From Myxococcales bacterium (GTDB taxonomy: Bacteria; Myxococcota_A; Polyangia; Polyangiales; DASUME01), in NCBI GenBank assembly GCA_047601445.1, contig JASGJH010000001.1, positions 3,712,001 through 3,776,000 of the forward strand: DNA of 64,000 bases, given 5' to 3'. The position numbers and the translations under genes were made by a program. Under the pieces are notes generated by a model that worked only from the letters and a program-made list of their open reading frames with translations, was not told the origin of the DNA and did not search any database. This document shows, piece after piece, positions 9,557 to 21,441 of the stretch. Positions within the stretch are counted from its first letter, which is position 1; each line of letters opens with the position of its first letter.

Positions 9557-10186
9557 ATGTCGAGCACACGACTCAGCACCCTCGCCATGTGTCTTCTCCT
9601 CGGAGCATGCGGCGACGACTCGAGCGGCGACAACAGCCAGGAGCAAGAGCCCAGCACGACGGGCGACGGGGATGGCGATGGCGGTGGCACGGGCATCGAC
9701 GCGGGCACGGAACCCACCGTGGACGCCGGCACCACCCCACGAGACGCGGGAACGACTCGACCCGACGCTGGCGCGACGCGCGACGCGGGCACCCCTCCGC
9801 GTGCGGATGCCGGCACGCGCGACGCAGGGACGCCCACACGCGACGCAGGAGCCACGCCCGACGCGCCGACCTTCGCGCAGGTCTATGCGATCCTGAGCAC
9901 GCAGTGCAGCCCGTGCCACACCGAGGCCGACAATGGCAACCTCGACATGTCGACGCGTGCCAAGGCCTTCACGAACTTGGTGGGAAAGGCGGCCGCGGGC
10001 CCCTCGTGCGCGGGCATGGGACGCGTGCGCGTGATCGCCGGCAACGCCGACGACAGCCTGCTCGTACACAAGCTCGAGGGCACGCAAGACTGCGGTAGTC
10101 GCATGCCGCGCAACCGTACGCCGTTGCCCGCGGCGTCCATCGATCGCATCCGGGCCTGGATCGACGCCGGGGCCAAGAACAACTGA
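9557..10186 (+). CDS. monoheme c-type cytochrome lipoprotein
   Basis: Lipobox LLGAC; DAG-repeat linker; CSPCH; MP ligand motif; IRAWIDAGA end. Confidence 0.8.
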   Translation: MSSTRLSTLAMCLLLGACGDDSSGDNSQEQEPSTTGDGDGDGGGTGIDAGTEPTVDAGTTPRDAGTTRPDAGATRDAGTPPRADAGTRDAGTPTRDAGATPDAPTFAQVYAILSTQCSPCHTEADNGNLDMSTRAKAFTNLVGKAAAGPSCAGMGRVRVIAGNADDSLLVHKLEGTQDCGSRMPRNRTPLPAASIDRIRAWIDAGAKNN

Positions 10187-10302
10187 GCGGACGCAACGGG
10201 CTCGCGCAAGCTTGTAAGAAGGCTTGGTTTGTGACCCGATCCTCCACGCTCGGCATACGAACGAATGCCCTGCCAGGCACTTACCTGGCTGCGTTGTGGG
10301 GG

Positions 10303-11505
<1,203 letters not shown>

Positions 11506-11507
11506 GG

Positions 11508-11810
11508 CTATCGCTCGATACACCCACCCCAAGTGGACACCATCTTGTCGGCTACCTGACCAGCGAGCTCCTGGGAGCCCTGACCGTGGCCGATGTACAA
11601 GACGACCCACGAGGGCAACGAACAGCGCAGGTTGGGCACGACGTGCATCTCCGGATCCACGGGCTCCACGCAGGCGTAGACCGATGCCGAGCCACGCTCG
11701 AACACACCTTGATAGAGGTGGTCTTGCCAAAGCCCGCCTTGCGACACGACGAACTCGCGCAACGTGGGGCGATCGATCTCGGAAGGAGTGAGGACGAGTT
11801 GGCTATCCAT
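11508..11810 (-). CDS. hypothetical protein
   Basis: 100-aa ORF with GGAG upstream, convergent on the previous gene. Confidence 0.55.
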   Translation of the reverse strand: MDSQLVLTPSEIDRPTLREFVVSQGGLWQDHLYQGVFERGSASVYACVEPVDPEMHVVPNLRCSLPSWVVLYIGHGQGSQELAGQVADKMVSTWGGCIER

Positions 11811-11941
11811 GGCTGACGCTCCGCGGTGGTGCTCCCTGTGTTACCGAAGCAAAGGAACCGGTATTGTAGATTTCAGCACTGTGCGCGCCTGAAGCGCAGT
11901 CGAGGGCCCTCGAGCAGCTCGAACCTTGATGAGCATTCGCA

Positions 11942-12829
11942 CTAGGTCCCAACCCAGCGCGAGACCATGCCGAGCATCTGATACAGCTTCTGCTCTCGAC
12001 CCGGCAGTGCGCTCTGCCCCGACGCGTCCGCGCCGATCGGGCTGAATGCTTGACGACGTTCGATGAACTTGACCGGCGGATGCCCCACCAGATCGCGGAA
12101 TTCGTGGATCATGTGGGCCTGATCGGCGTACCCGCTGCGCACCGCAAGCTCGGCCCAATCGAGGACGCTAGGGTCGGCCATGCGCGCGATGGTGGCGCGG
12201 ATGCGGGCGACGCGCGCCTGTTGCTTGGGAGTCAGCCCGACACCTTGGTCGAACTTCTGCAGCAGAGCTCGCTGTGAGTACCCGGAGCGCTCAATGATTT
12301 CACTCACACGGAGGCGCCCTCCGCTCTGCTCGATGAGATTCGAAGCGGCCACGGCGACGGGGTCGTAGCCCAGTCCCCGCTGCACGCGGCGTGCGAGCTC
12401 CTGCTGGAAGATCGTCACGCGCTCGCGGGTGCTCGGCGCCTCGGCCATGCGCTCGGCGATCAGGTCGGCGTCGCGCCCCCAGATTTCCGTGAGCGAGAGG
12501 GTGCTGTCGCGAACTTCTTTGGCGGGTACACCGAGCAACGCCCCCAGCCCGCCCGCGCGCACCTTCACGGCCACCATCTCGCCGCACTCGCCCAGGGTAC
12601 CGAAGGACTTCGAGTGCGGTCCCTCGCAGAACAATCCCGTCGCGGTGCGCGCGCTGCTGTTGCGCCGCACGTCGGCTGCGTAATAGAGCGTGGTGCGCGC
12701 GTTGGGGACCCGCTGGACCTGCTGCCCGTTGCGGTAGCGATAGTCCGGCAGCACGAGCCCGAAGTCGAGGATGGAGCTCAGGGCACGCAGCGGGCGGAAG
12801 AAGCCGCGCGCCGACTGGCCCTCGCTCAT
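11942..12829 (-). CDS. AraC-family transcriptional regulator
   Basis: SGYSQRALLQKFDQGVGLTPK...WAELAVRSGYADQAHMIHEFRDLVG. Confidence 0.88.
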   Translation of the reverse strand: MSEGQSARGFFRPLRALSSILDFGLVLPDYRYRNGQQVQRVPNARTTLYYAADVRRNSSARTATGLFCEGPHSKSFGTLGECGEMVAVKVRAGGLGALLGVPAKEVRDSTLSLTEIWGRDADLIAERMAEAPSTRERVTIFQQELARRVQRGLGYDPVAVAASNLIEQSGGRLRVSEIIERSGYSQRALLQKFDQGVGLTPKQQARVARIRATIARMADPSVLDWAELAVRSGYADQAHMIHEFRDLVGHPPVKFIERRQAFSPIGADASGQSALPGREQKLYQMLGMVSRWVGT

Positions 12830-13075
12830 GAGTCCCCCCTCAATCACTTCTTACTTTGTACACCAAAGCAGGGCTTCACTTCAGGTCTTCGCAGAGCTGA
12901 AGCGAGTTCCTCAGGTGCTCCGAAGCTCTTGCCGCATGACCGTCCGGCCAAGCTACGGGGCGGCAGCCTGCCCGCAAGGGCACCGAGCCCCGCCGAACGT
13001 GGGCCCTCGGAGCGAAAATTCCACACTTCTGCCGCGCGCCCGCCAAGGATGGCCGTCCGGCGGGCATAGAGTCGC

Positions 13076-14092
13076 ATGAACCGCATTTCCGATTTCGGTC
13101 CTCTTTCGAGCTTCACTTACTGCCTGCACCGTGGTTCAGGGGCGACCTCCCTGGCCCTGATGTTGGCCGCCCTACTCTCCGCGTGCTCCGCGACTCCAGC
13201 CAACCAGGGTTCGACCCCCGGACTCGACGGCGGCAACGGGGACGGCGACGGGGATGGGGATGGCGACGGCGACGGGGATGGCGACGAGGATTCCTGCAAG
13301 GCGGGCGAGACCGACTCCTGCCTGTGCACCAATGGCACCGATATCGGCACGCGCGGCTGCGTGGACGGCAAGTTCGGGGGAGCGTGCACCAACTGCATGA
13401 CTCCCGTGAATGGCTTGCCCTGTCAGCCCGGGCGCTACACCGGCGAGTTCGTCATCCTCAAGTACCTCCCGCGCGCGGCTAGCCTGTGCGGCTTCTACGC
13501 GGCCTTCGGCGGCAGCGGCATGGGCACCTTCCAGTTCACCCTGGGCAGCGGCGCCCCGGGCTCGGAGTTCATCGATGTGGTGGCCACCGAGAGCTGCCTC
13601 GAGCTGATCACCTCGGGCGCGGCCGACGGTGGACTCCAGGCGCCCGATGCAGGGGCTGAGATCAATGGGGAGATCGCAGACGCGGGCGGGAACAAGACCA
13701 TGGGGGCGCAGACGCTCGGCCTCGAGGGCACGGTGGACTGCGCCACGGGCGAGCTCAAGGGCATCCTCAAGGGCACCTACTATGCTCCGCTGAGCGTGTG
13801 TGGCGGCTTCACGGGGAGTCCCGAGGAGGAGTACTACTCGATCAAGGGCACGCTCACGGCCAAGTACAACCCAACCACGCAGACCTTCGACGACGGCTAC
13901 ATCGATCTGCAGGAGCCGATGAACGACCTCTTCTGGGCGCTCCCAGTCGGCGACCGCTTCGGCGGTGACGGCACGTGGCACGGCAAGCTGGACCCGCAAG
14001 CGCCCGCACCCGAGAAAAAGGACGCTTGCTACGACACGGCCCACTGGAAGGACTTCATGCTGGTGCCGCGGACCAAGCCTGCCACGCCCTGA
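13076..14092 (+). CDS. hypothetical Cys-rich lipoprotein with (GD)8 linker
   Basis: LLSAC lipobox; GD repeats; Cys-rich module; start position uncertain. Confidence 0.65.
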   Translation: MNRISDFGPLSSFTYCLHRGSGATSLALMLAALLSACSATPANQGSTPGLDGGNGDGDGDGDGDGDGDGDEDSCKAGETDSCLCTNGTDIGTRGCVDGKFGGACTNCMTPVNGLPCQPGRYTGEFVILKYLPRAASLCGFYAAFGGSGMGTFQFTLGSGAPGSEFIDVVATESCLELITSGAADGGLQAPDAGAEINGEIADAGGNKTMGAQTLGLEGTVDCATGELKGILKGTYYAPLSVCGGFTGSPEEEYYSIKGTLTAKYNPTTQTFDDGYIDLQEPMNDLFWALPVGDRFGGDGTWHGKLDPQAPAPEKKDACYDTAHWKDFMLVPRTKPATP

Positions 14093-14163
14093 AGGCCCCG
14101 GGACCTGGACTTGAGGGCTGTTCGGGGCCACCTTCTCCTCTCGTTTCGGAGGGGGACCTGCCC

Positions 14164-14790
14164 ATGCACGATGAAGAAGAGACGCCAGCGCAAATCCCGA
14201 TGCCGGTCGTGGTGGAAACCACTCACAAGGGCGAGCGCACCTGGGACGTCTACAGTCGGTTACTCAAGGATCGCATCGTGTTCCTGGGCACCCAGGTGAA
14301 CGACACCGTGGCCAACTTGATCATCGCGCAGCTCCTGTTCTTGGAGAGCGATGATCCCGACAAAGAGGTCACGATCTACATCAACAGTCCGGGCGGCTCC
14401 ATCACGGCGGGGCTCGCGATCTACGACACCATGCAATACGTGCGCTGCCCGGTAGCCACGGTGGTGGTGGGTCAGGCTGCCTCGATGGGCGCTCTGCTCC
14501 TGTGTGCCGGCGCGGCCGGGCGGAGGCGCGCGGTGCCCAATGCCCGCGTGATGATCCACCAGCCCCTGGGCGGCTATCAGGGACAGCAGACGGACATCGA
14601 GATCCATGCTCGCGAGATCCTCGACGTGCGCAGGCGCGTCAACGAGATCATGGCGCACCACACCGGTCAGAGCGTGGACAAGGTCAAGGTCGACACCGAG
14701 CGCGATCGCTTCCTCAGCGCCGAGGAAGCCAAGGCCTACGGGCTCATCGACCAGGTGATCTTCCCGCAGGACCTGAAGGCAAAGCGCTAA
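14164..14790 (+). CDS. clpP: ATP-dependent Clp protease proteolytic subunit
   Basis: [29 protein letters not shown] (Ser), MIHQPLGG (His), RDRF (Asp). Confidence 0.97.
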   Translation: MHDEEETPAQIPMPVVVETTHKGERTWDVYSRLLKDRIVFLGTQVNDTVANLIIAQLLFLESDDPDKEVTIYINSPGGSITAGLAIYDTMQYVRCPVATVVVGQAASMGALLLCAGAAGRRRAVPNARVMIHQPLGGYQGQQTDIEIHAREILDVRRRVNEIMAHHTGQSVDKVKVDTERDRFLSAEEAKAYGLIDQVIFPQDLKAKR

Positions 14791-14819
14791 GGCCTCCGCA
14801 CACAGTTGGTCGACCGACG

Positions 14820-14970
14820 CTTGCTCGTCGTGAGCATCGTGGTGGACGTGAACCTTGACGGCGACGGTGTGCGGCTACGCCCTCGCGGTTGCCGTTCAGA
14901 CGCCTTGCGCTCACGCACGCCGTCGCCGCTCATGTCCACGTCGCCGACCAAGTCCAGGACAAGGAGCAAG
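14820..14970. repeat. degenerate ~150 bp foldback with GTG/GAC periodicity
   Basis: Left arm cttgctc...gacgtg...ggcgacggtgtgcg aligns with the reverse complement of the right arm cttgctc...gacgtg...ggcgacggcgtgcg; between convergent genes. Confidence 0.6.
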
Positions 14971-14981
14971 TCAGCTGCCTG

Positions 14982-15566
14982 TTAGGGCAACCACTCCTGC
15001 CCCGTCTCGCAGTCCACGTGGCGCAGTGAGAGCTTGCCTGCTTTGACCTCGAGCATGCCGAACAGGATCGGCAGGTGCATGCGGCGCGGGCCGATGGAGC
15101 CGGGATTGAACACGGTGAGGCCGCGGTCGCGCCCGATGAAGGGCACGTGGGAGTGGCCGCACACGATGAGCTTGGCTCCCTGATCGTGCGCGAGCTTGGC
15201 CGCGTCGGCGCGGATCTTGGGTCCGTAGACCGCGATGTGCATCAGCAGCAGCTTGAGTGCGCTCTGGCCTGCCGATTGGATGTCGATGGTGATGACTTCC
15301 GGCAAGTCCCTGGCGCGCTCGTCGATGTTGCCGCGCACGGCGATCACGGGCGCGAACTTGCCGAGTCCGTCGAGCACGCCGAGGTCGCCGATGTCACCTG
15401 CATGAAGGATGGCGTCGGGGGCCATGGCCGTGAGGTGTTCGGCCGTCTTGGGGTGCGGGTGACTGTGGGTATCCGCGACGATGGCGATCTTGATTTCACC
15501 CTGGGCATCCAGGGTGAGCGTGGCCTCTCCCTGCGAGAGCACGGCCGTCCTGCTTTTCTTCTGCAC
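14982..15566 (-). CDS. metallophosphoesterase (YfcE family)
   Basis: ADTH, HAGD, RGNID, CGHSH, FNPGS motifs. Confidence 0.9.
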   Translation of the reverse strand: MQKKSRTAVLSQGEATLTLDAQGEIKIAIVADTHSHPHPKTAEHLTAMAPDAILHAGDIGDLGVLDGLGKFAPVIAVRGNIDERARDLPEVITIDIQSAGQSALKLLLMHIAVYGPKIRADAAKLAHDQGAKLIVCGHSHVPFIGRDRGLTVFNPGSIGPRRMHLPILFGMLEVKAGKLSLRHVDCETGQEWLP

Positions 15567-15745
15567 ACGCACCCACCTCTTATGCCGCAGATCCTGCGTG
15601 AAGTCCGCTCCGCGAGAACGTAGGCAGCGGATTTTTCTCAGATCGCGCCGCACGCAATGGGCCTCGATTCGCGCGCACTGGCGCATTGTGGTCGAATTTC
15701 CGTTTGGGGCTGGCTTATGGTGCTCCCTCAGTCGGGAGGATCAGC

Positions 15746-16297
15746 ATGAAGCGGAGACAGTTCGTTACGAGCACGACCACGACTCTTCTCTTGAGCCCAC
15801 TGCTCGCCAGCCTGGTCGCGTGCGGCGATGACGAACCCGAGAGTCCGGGAACCAACCTGGACGCCGGCAAGCATGGGGACGGTGATGGCGACGGCGACGG
15901 CGACGGCGATGGGGACGGCGACGGTGACGTGACCGCGGGAGATGGAGACGCGGACAAGGACGCCGGAGCCACCGGCGGCGGAAACCACGATGCGGGCACG
16001 CATCCTTCCGACGCGGGCACGTCGGGCACACCGAAGTGCGCGAACGGCGCCAAGGACACGATGGTCAGCGATCAACACACGGGCAGTTATGCTCACCACG
16101 TGACGATCCCCAAGGCCGACTTGAGCGCCAGCGGCAGCAAGACCTACACGTCCACGGGCTCGGCCCACACCCACAAGATCACGCTGACCGCAGCGCAGCT
16201 CGCCATGCTCGCCGCGGGCAAGAGCGTGACGGTCACCTCCACGAAGGACATGGGCGTCGACCTCCACGACCACATGTTCACCGTGTCCTGCGCCTGA
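15746..16297 (+). CDS. Tat-exported His-rich lipoprotein with (GD)n linker
   Basis: KRRQF Tat motif plus LVAC lipobox; C-domain with HH, HTH and HDH motifs between two Cys. Confidence 0.7.
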   Translation: MKRRQFVTSTTTTLLLSPLLASLVACGDDEPESPGTNLDAGKHGDGDGDGDGDGDGDGDGDVTAGDGDADKDAGATGGGNHDAGTHPSDAGTSGTPKCANGAKDTMVSDQHTGSYAHHVTIPKADLSASGSKTYTSTGSAHTHKITLTAAQLAMLAAGKSVTVTSTKDMGVDLHDHMFTVSCA

Positions 16298-16312
16298 GCG
16301 CGCGCTCGGAGC

Positions 16313-16981
16313 TCACATCACGGGGTGGAGCAAGATCACCGTGGGCGTCCAGATCAAATGGGAGATCAGCGGCGCCAACACCGAGTCGGTGAGCTTTCGC
16401 TCCACGGTCCAGATCAATCCGCACACGGCCGCGATGGCGCCCAGCACCCAGGCCCCCGTGCCGAGCTGCGCCAGGGCGTAACTGCCGATGCACACGCTCC
16501 ACGCAACGGCCAGCGAGGTCTTGCGCTCGAGGGCCTCGAGCAAGGCGCCGCGCCAGAGCAGCTCCTCGGCCACGATGATCACGCAAACCCACGCGAGCTC
16601 CACGTGCAATGGAGCCGTGGACGCGGAGCGGTAGAGCGCGCTCACTTGTTGCTCGAGCCCCGGGATCAAGCCCGCTGCCAGTCGGTACGCGGGATAGGTC
16701 GCGAGCGTCATCGCCAGGCCCACCAACAGCCCCACCACGACCACGCGCGTGCTCGGCGCGAGCCAACGGGCGATCGCGTGGGGACGCAGCAGCCACAGCA
16801 CCGTGCTCACAGCGAGCGCGTACGGGCCGAGTACCGAGTACATGTCGGCGCCGCCGAACTGACGCATCAACAGGAACCACACGCTCACCAGGCCTGCCAA
16901 GACCCAGCGCATGCGCCTGCCGGCGCGCCGGGAGCGCGTGCTCGAGTGCGCCGAGTGCGCTGCGGAGGGTGTTCCTTGCAT
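16313..16981 (-). CDS. CPBP (CAAX/Abi) family intramembrane metalloprotease
   Basis: AEELLWRG; PLISHLIW; multiple TM helices. Confidence 0.85.
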   Translation of the reverse strand: MQGTPSAAHSAHSSTRSRRAGRRMRWVLAGLVSVWFLLMRQFGGADMYSVLGPYALAVSTVLWLLRPHAIARWLAPSTRVVVVGLLVGLAMTLATYPAYRLAAGLIPGLEQQVSALYRSASTAPLHVELAWVCVIIVAEELLWRGALLEALERKTSLAVAWSVCIGSYALAQLGTGAWVLGAIAAVCGLIWTVERKLTDSVLAPLISHLIWTPTVILLHPVM

Positions 16982-16990
16982 GGTCGAGCG

Positions 16991-17983
16991 TCACGGGTGT
17001 GCGCGGTGGCGTGCGCGGGCTTGCAAGCCGCCTATGCGGTGAGCGATGGACTCCCCGAGCTGAGCCTTGAGCGAGATGGGCCCTTGTTCCTCGCTCAGTG
17101 CGCGCCGTACGGCCTCGTCGAAGGAAAGTCGACGGTACTCCGGGAACAGTTCCCATAGCCCCTGGTCGGGTGCGACGAGATCGTGGGTGAGCCCCTGCAC
17201 GAGCTGTGAAGCCACGCGGCTGTCGGCGCGCGTGACCCATTGGATCCAGAAGCTCGACAGCTTGGGGGTCAAGAAGGGCACGCCGAGCATGGACGGTGAG
17301 AGGCCCATGCATTGCGCCGTGCGCTCGAGGATCTGACGGCCAGACATCACCTCGGGGCCGGGCAGCGCGAGCACCTGGCTGGCTGGCAAAGGCAAGGAGA
17401 GCGCATAAGCCAACGCGTTGGCGACGTCGCGGATGGCGATCGGCTCCGTGCGAGTCTCGAGCCAGCGCGGCAGCACCATCAAGGGCAAGCGCGCTGCCAA
17501 GTCGCGCACCATGCGGAAGCTCTCGCTGCCCGCGCCGATGATCATCGAGGCCTGCAGCTCCAGCGTCGGCACGGGACCCCGGCGCAGGATCTCGCCCGTG
17601 TTCAAGCGACTGCGCAAGTGGAGCGACGGCTCGCCACGCGGACGCGGCCCTCCGAGGTAAACGATGCGCTCGACGCCCGCGTCCCTGGCCGCCATGCGGA
17701 ACGTCTCGGCCTGACGTGCCTCCACCTGGGCGTAGTCTTGGTAGTCGGCCATACCATGCACCAGGTAGAAGGCAGCGCTGCAGCCCTCCAGGGCGCGCCG
17801 CACGGACGCCGCGTCCAGCAGATCGACGCGCACCAACTCGGTGTCCGTGAGCTGGCGTCGCGCACGCTCCGGGTCACGCGTGGCGCCCACCACCTCGTAG
17901 CCCGCGCTCGCAAGGTGCGATCGCAAATGGCCGCCCACGAAGCCCGTGATGCCAGTGACCAGGATTCTCGCGTCCTGCTGCAT
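16991..17983 (-). CDS. NAD(P)-binding oxidoreductase (atypical SDR, YbjT-like)
   Basis: ILVTGITGFVGG; AFYLVH; SLHLRSR; GSESFRMVRDL. Confidence 0.85.
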   Translation of the reverse strand: MQQDARILVTGITGFVGGHLRSHLASAGYEVVGATRDPERARRQLTDTELVRVDLLDAASVRRALEGCSAAFYLVHGMADYQDYAQVEARQAETFRMAARDAGVERIVYLGGPRPRGEPSLHLRSRLNTGEILRRGPVPTLELQASMIIGAGSESFRMVRDLAARLPLMVLPRWLETRTEPIAIRDVANALAYALSLPLPASQVLALPGPEVMSGRQILERTAQCMGLSPSMLGVPFLTPKLSSFWIQWVTRADSRVASQLVQGLTHDLVAPDQGLWELFPEYRRLSFDEAVRRALSEEQGPISLKAQLGESIAHRIGGLQARARHRAHP

Positions 17984-18274
17984 GGAAACCTCGCGTCCTG
18001 CGCAGACCGTGTCGGTCTGACGAGCCTTACGCTCGAAACAAGCCTGCAAGTCGGGGGCCAGCTCGCGCGGCCTCTCGGACACGTGCGGGCACCGCGTGCC
18101 GCGGGACCTAAGTCCGCTCGAAGAGGCGGTTTTGCTCGAGCCAGACGAGTTTCTGCCGCCTCCTACCGGGTCGAAGCCGCGGGCGTTCAGGTCGCAGCCG
18201 GCTCGCACGAATGCCTCGCCTCGCGCGCTTGCCGCACTGGAGACGACGCCGCGCCGGCTGGACGCGCACTGGGC

Positions 18275-19330
18275 TCACTTGGTGGACAGCGGGTGCTGTC
18301 GAAAGAAACTCCAGATCACTTCGCTGGCGGAGAAGGTGGTGCTCTGGGGGCCATTGGCCGGGCACTCCACGAGCCCTGCCGGCGGATCGCCGCCGGGCCA
18401 GCTGTGGCCGCCACCTGTGATGGAGCACAACGTCACGTCGGCTCCGAAGACACATCCCCCGTAGGTCTCGCAGCTGCCGTCGCCCTGCTGGAAGGTGACG
18501 GTCTTGGCGCTGCTGCAGCCGTTGCGCAGACGCCAGGCCTCCATGGTGGCGGGGACAGACGGAAACGCCACGCCCGCCGGCCCGCAGCCCTCGCCGCCGT
18601 CGTAGGGCACGTGGCCGTCGGCGGTGCCGTGAATCTGCAGGACCGCGAGCGGGCGCTTGGGCACGCAGGACGCCGTCATGTTGGTGCCGGACACGGGGGC
18701 TATCGCGGCGATACGGTCCGAGAGCTCACACGCCAAGCGGTGGGACATGATGCCGCCGTTCGACATGCCGGCCGCGAAGATGCGCTGGCGATCGATGCAC
18801 AGAGTCTGCTCCAGATGATCGAGCAACGCGGCTACGAAGCCCACGTCGTCGACGTCTTCGCTCACCGCCGAGCCACAGCAGCCTCCGCCGTTCCAGGTCT
18901 TGATGGCCCCGGTACCGTCGGGGTAGACGCTGAGGAAACTCTCACGGTCCGCCACCGCGTCCATGCGCGCCGAGTTCAGCTCGAACTGCCGGCCGCTGCC
19001 GCCGCCGCCGTGCAGCATCACCACCAGCGCCGCCGGTCGGTCGGCCCGATAGCCAGGTGGCACGTGCACGCGAAAGCTGCGAGCGAGCCCGTCGTGCTCG
19101 AGCTCTCCCATCTGGGTTCCCGCGGCGTAGGTCGGGGCCCCCTGCGCGTTGCAGCCTGCGCTGCTCTGTGGGGCGGCGCTGCCTTCGTCGTCGCCGTCGT
19201 CGACCCCGGCGTCCAGCCCGCCACCCGCCACGGGCAGCAGCGGCTCGCGCGCGTCATCGCTCGAACACGCCGATGCCCATGCCCCTGCCACGAGTGCCGC
19301 GAAAAGGGGCGCGCCCCAGCTCCTGGCCAC
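18275..19330 (-). CDS. PHB-depolymerase family esterase (LpqC-like) lipoprotein
   Basis: MLHGGGG; WNGGGCC; DDVGFV; GMSNGG; HGTAD; GGGHSWPG. Confidence 0.9.
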   Translation of the reverse strand: MARSWGAPLFAALVAGAWASACSSDDAREPLLPVAGGGLDAGVDDGDDEGSAAPQSSAGCNAQGAPTYAAGTQMGELEHDGLARSFRVHVPPGYRADRPAALVVMLHGGGGSGRQFELNSARMDAVADRESFLSVYPDGTGAIKTWNGGGCCGSAVSEDVDDVGFVAALLDHLEQTLCIDRQRIFAAGMSNGGIMSHRLACELSDRIAAIAPVSGTNMTASCVPKRPLAVLQIHGTADGHVPYDGGEGCGPAGVAFPSVPATMEAWRLRNGCSSAKTVTFQQGDGSCETYGGCVFGADVTLCSITGGGHSWPGGDPPAGLVECPANGPQSTTFSASEVIWSFFRQHPLSTK

Positions 19331-19488
19331 GATGTTACTCCTGCTTCAGATGAGCCGACCTCGTACGCCGAGACAGGCATCTGAGGCCATTGTAGCGTCG
19401 CGCGCGCGGCGGGCCCCTCCATTGGAGGACGAGCCGGCACCGACGCGCCAGGCGGACCCCAAGGACGAGCGCAGACGAAGGGGCGGAG

Positions 19489-20340
19489 CTAGGCCGCCTT
19501 GGCCTCGACGAAGCGCTTCTTGTAGGCCTCGATGAGCGAGCTGTCGTCCTGCTGCCAGGGATGGAAGTTCGGGTGGAAGTAGGCGAGCCAGGCGGGCGCC
19601 AAATCGTAGAGCTTCACCTTGCTACCCCAGACCTGCACCAGGCCCTTCAGCCAGATGCTCGGCTTGTCGGCGAGCCCGTCGCGCTTCAGCAAGTAGTACT
19701 GGAACCAGTGGGCCGTCGCGAAGAGCCCGATGGTGGTGAACAACAAGGCCATCACGCGCGGCAGGTAGTCTCCGTAGACCTCCTGATAGGCGTCGAACGC
19801 CACCGCCTTGTGCTCCATCTCCTCGATGGCGTGCCACAGCCACAGTGGCAGCACCTTCTCGTCGGCCAGCGCCTGCAGCTCGGGCTGCGTGAGCAACTTG
19901 TGTCCGAGGATGGCCGTCACGTGCTCCAGAGCCGCCGTCACGGCCAGCGACGTGCGCTTGTCACGCCGCGACTCGCGCTCCTTGATGCCCTCCTTGAGCC
20001 CCTGCTCGAGTTCCAGCACCGGATACCCGAACTTGGCGAGGGCGGTATTCAGGGCCGAGTGCTCCCGCGAGTGCAACGCCTCCTGCGCGAGGAAGCCCGT
20101 GATGTCCCGCCGCGTCTCCGGATTCTGCACCTGGTCACGCACGGCGCGCACGGCGTCCATGAACATGCGCTCGCCCGGAGGGAAGATCACGGAGAGCGCG
20201 TTCATGAAATGCGTGAGAAACGGATCGCCGTCGACCCAGTAGCGCGGGAGCCCGTCCTCCAAGCCGAAGGAGACGTTGCGCGGCTTCACGCTCACGGACT
20301 CGGGTTTCTTGGCGCGGGGGGTGAAGACGGCTCGAGGCAT
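19489..20340 (-). CDS. predicted metal-dependent hydrolase
   Basis: FPPGERMF; QEALHSREH; ALEHVTA; WHAIEEMEHKAVAFD. Confidence 0.88.
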   Translation of the reverse strand: MPRAVFTPRAKKPESVSVKPRNVSFGLEDGLPRYWVDGDPFLTHFMNALSVIFPPGERMFMDAVRAVRDQVQNPETRRDITGFLAQEALHSREHSALNTALAKFGYPVLELEQGLKEGIKERESRRDKRTSLAVTAALEHVTAILGHKLLTQPELQALADEKVLPLWLWHAIEEMEHKAVAFDAYQEVYGDYLPRVMALLFTTIGLFATAHWFQYYLLKRDGLADKPSIWLKGLVQVWGSKVKLYDLAPAWLAYFHPNFHPWQQDDSSLIEAYKKRFVEAKAA

Positions 20341-20471
20341 GCCGTGGTTCTACTACGGGCCCGCGTGAGCAGGGTTAGCGCAATGTGCCATCCGTTTAGC
20401 GGATACAGCCAAAGTGGCGCGCTGTGCGCAGCTTACGGGGCTCCCTGTGGCGAGCCAGCTAGGATGCTGGG

Positions 20472-21419
20472 GTGCTCCACACCTCCCGAAACGAAGTCAG
20501 TTTTTTGTGCCACGGCGAACGCATTCAGGCCTGGCACTACCCTGCCCAGTCCACGCGTCTAACCCAAGCCGGGGGTACGCCCGCCTTGGTGATGGCGCAC
20601 GGGCTGTCGATGACCCGCGACAGCGGCCTTCCGCAGTACGCGGAGCGCTTTGCGGCCGCCGGCCTGCACGTGGTGGTGTTCGACTATCGCTGCTTCGGCG
20701 GCAGTGAGGGCACGCCGCGCGAGCTGGTCTCGGCGCACAAGCAGGTGCAGGACTACCACGCGGCCCTGGCCTTCACACGCGGCCTACCTGGCGTGGATAC
20801 GGAACGCGTCGCGCTCTGGGGCACGTCCTACTCGGGCGGAGTCGCCACGCAATGCGCCTACGAGGATGCGCGCGTGCGCGCGCTGGTGTTGCAGGTGCCC
20901 AACCTCGACAACGCCGCCACTGCCGTGTTCATGGCCCTTCATCTGACGCGCACGGCGCCGCTGCGCGGACTCTGGCTGTGCGCGCAGGCCGTGCGCGACA
21001 CGGCCGCGGCGCTGTTCGGTACCTCGCCGGTGTACGTGAGGGCCATGGGCGCGAAAGGAGCTGGCGCTGCCTACGAGAACGACGAGGCGGCGGGTCACGT
21101 GGAAGCCATCCGTGGACCGAGCTGGCAGAACCGCATCGCCCTGCGCGACTTCACGCGCCTGCCCCTGTTCCGCCCCATCAAACACGCAAAGCAACTGCCC
21201 TGTCGGGTGTTCGTGGTGGCCGCGGAGCGCGATGATCTCACGCCGGTGGCACCCGCGCTGCGGCTCGCCAAGTTGCTCGGTGAGCGGGCCGAGCTCCATC
21301 GCTACCCGGTGGGGCACTTCGCCGTCTACACGGGAGAGCTGTTCACCGAAGTGGTCGCGAAGCAGACAGCGTTCCTGGTGAAAGAGCTCGGCGGCCCCCA
21401 GGTGCTCCAGGTGGCCTGA
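20472..21419 (+). CDS. alpha/beta hydrolase
   Basis: MAHG; FDYRCFGGSEG; WGTSYSGG; GHF. Confidence 0.88.
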   Translation: MLHTSRNEVSFLCHGERIQAWHYPAQSTRLTQAGGTPALVMAHGLSMTRDSGLPQYAERFAAAGLHVVVFDYRCFGGSEGTPRELVSAHKQVQDYHAALAFTRGLPGVDTERVALWGTSYSGGVATQCAYEDARVRALVLQVPNLDNAATAVFMALHLTRTAPLRGLWLCAQAVRDTAAALFGTSPVYVRAMGAKGAGAAYENDEAAGHVEAIRGPSWQNRIALRDFTRLPLFRPIKHAKQLPCRVFVVAAERDDLTPVAPALRLAKLLGERAELHRYPVGHFAVYTGELFTEVVAKQTAFLVKELGGPQVLQVA

Positions 21420-21441
21420 GCCCCACGCTCACCGGGCGCGC

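Noticed and set aside
14787..14969. 60-aa and 63-aa ORFs between clpP and the phosphoesterase
   Set aside because: They coincide with the palindromic repeat and lack an RBS; better explained as non-coding.
16313..16981. CPBP protease as immunity or maturation factor for the GG peptide
   Set aside because: About 12.5 kb away and tightly linked to an NAD-binding oxidoreductase; no evidence of a connection.
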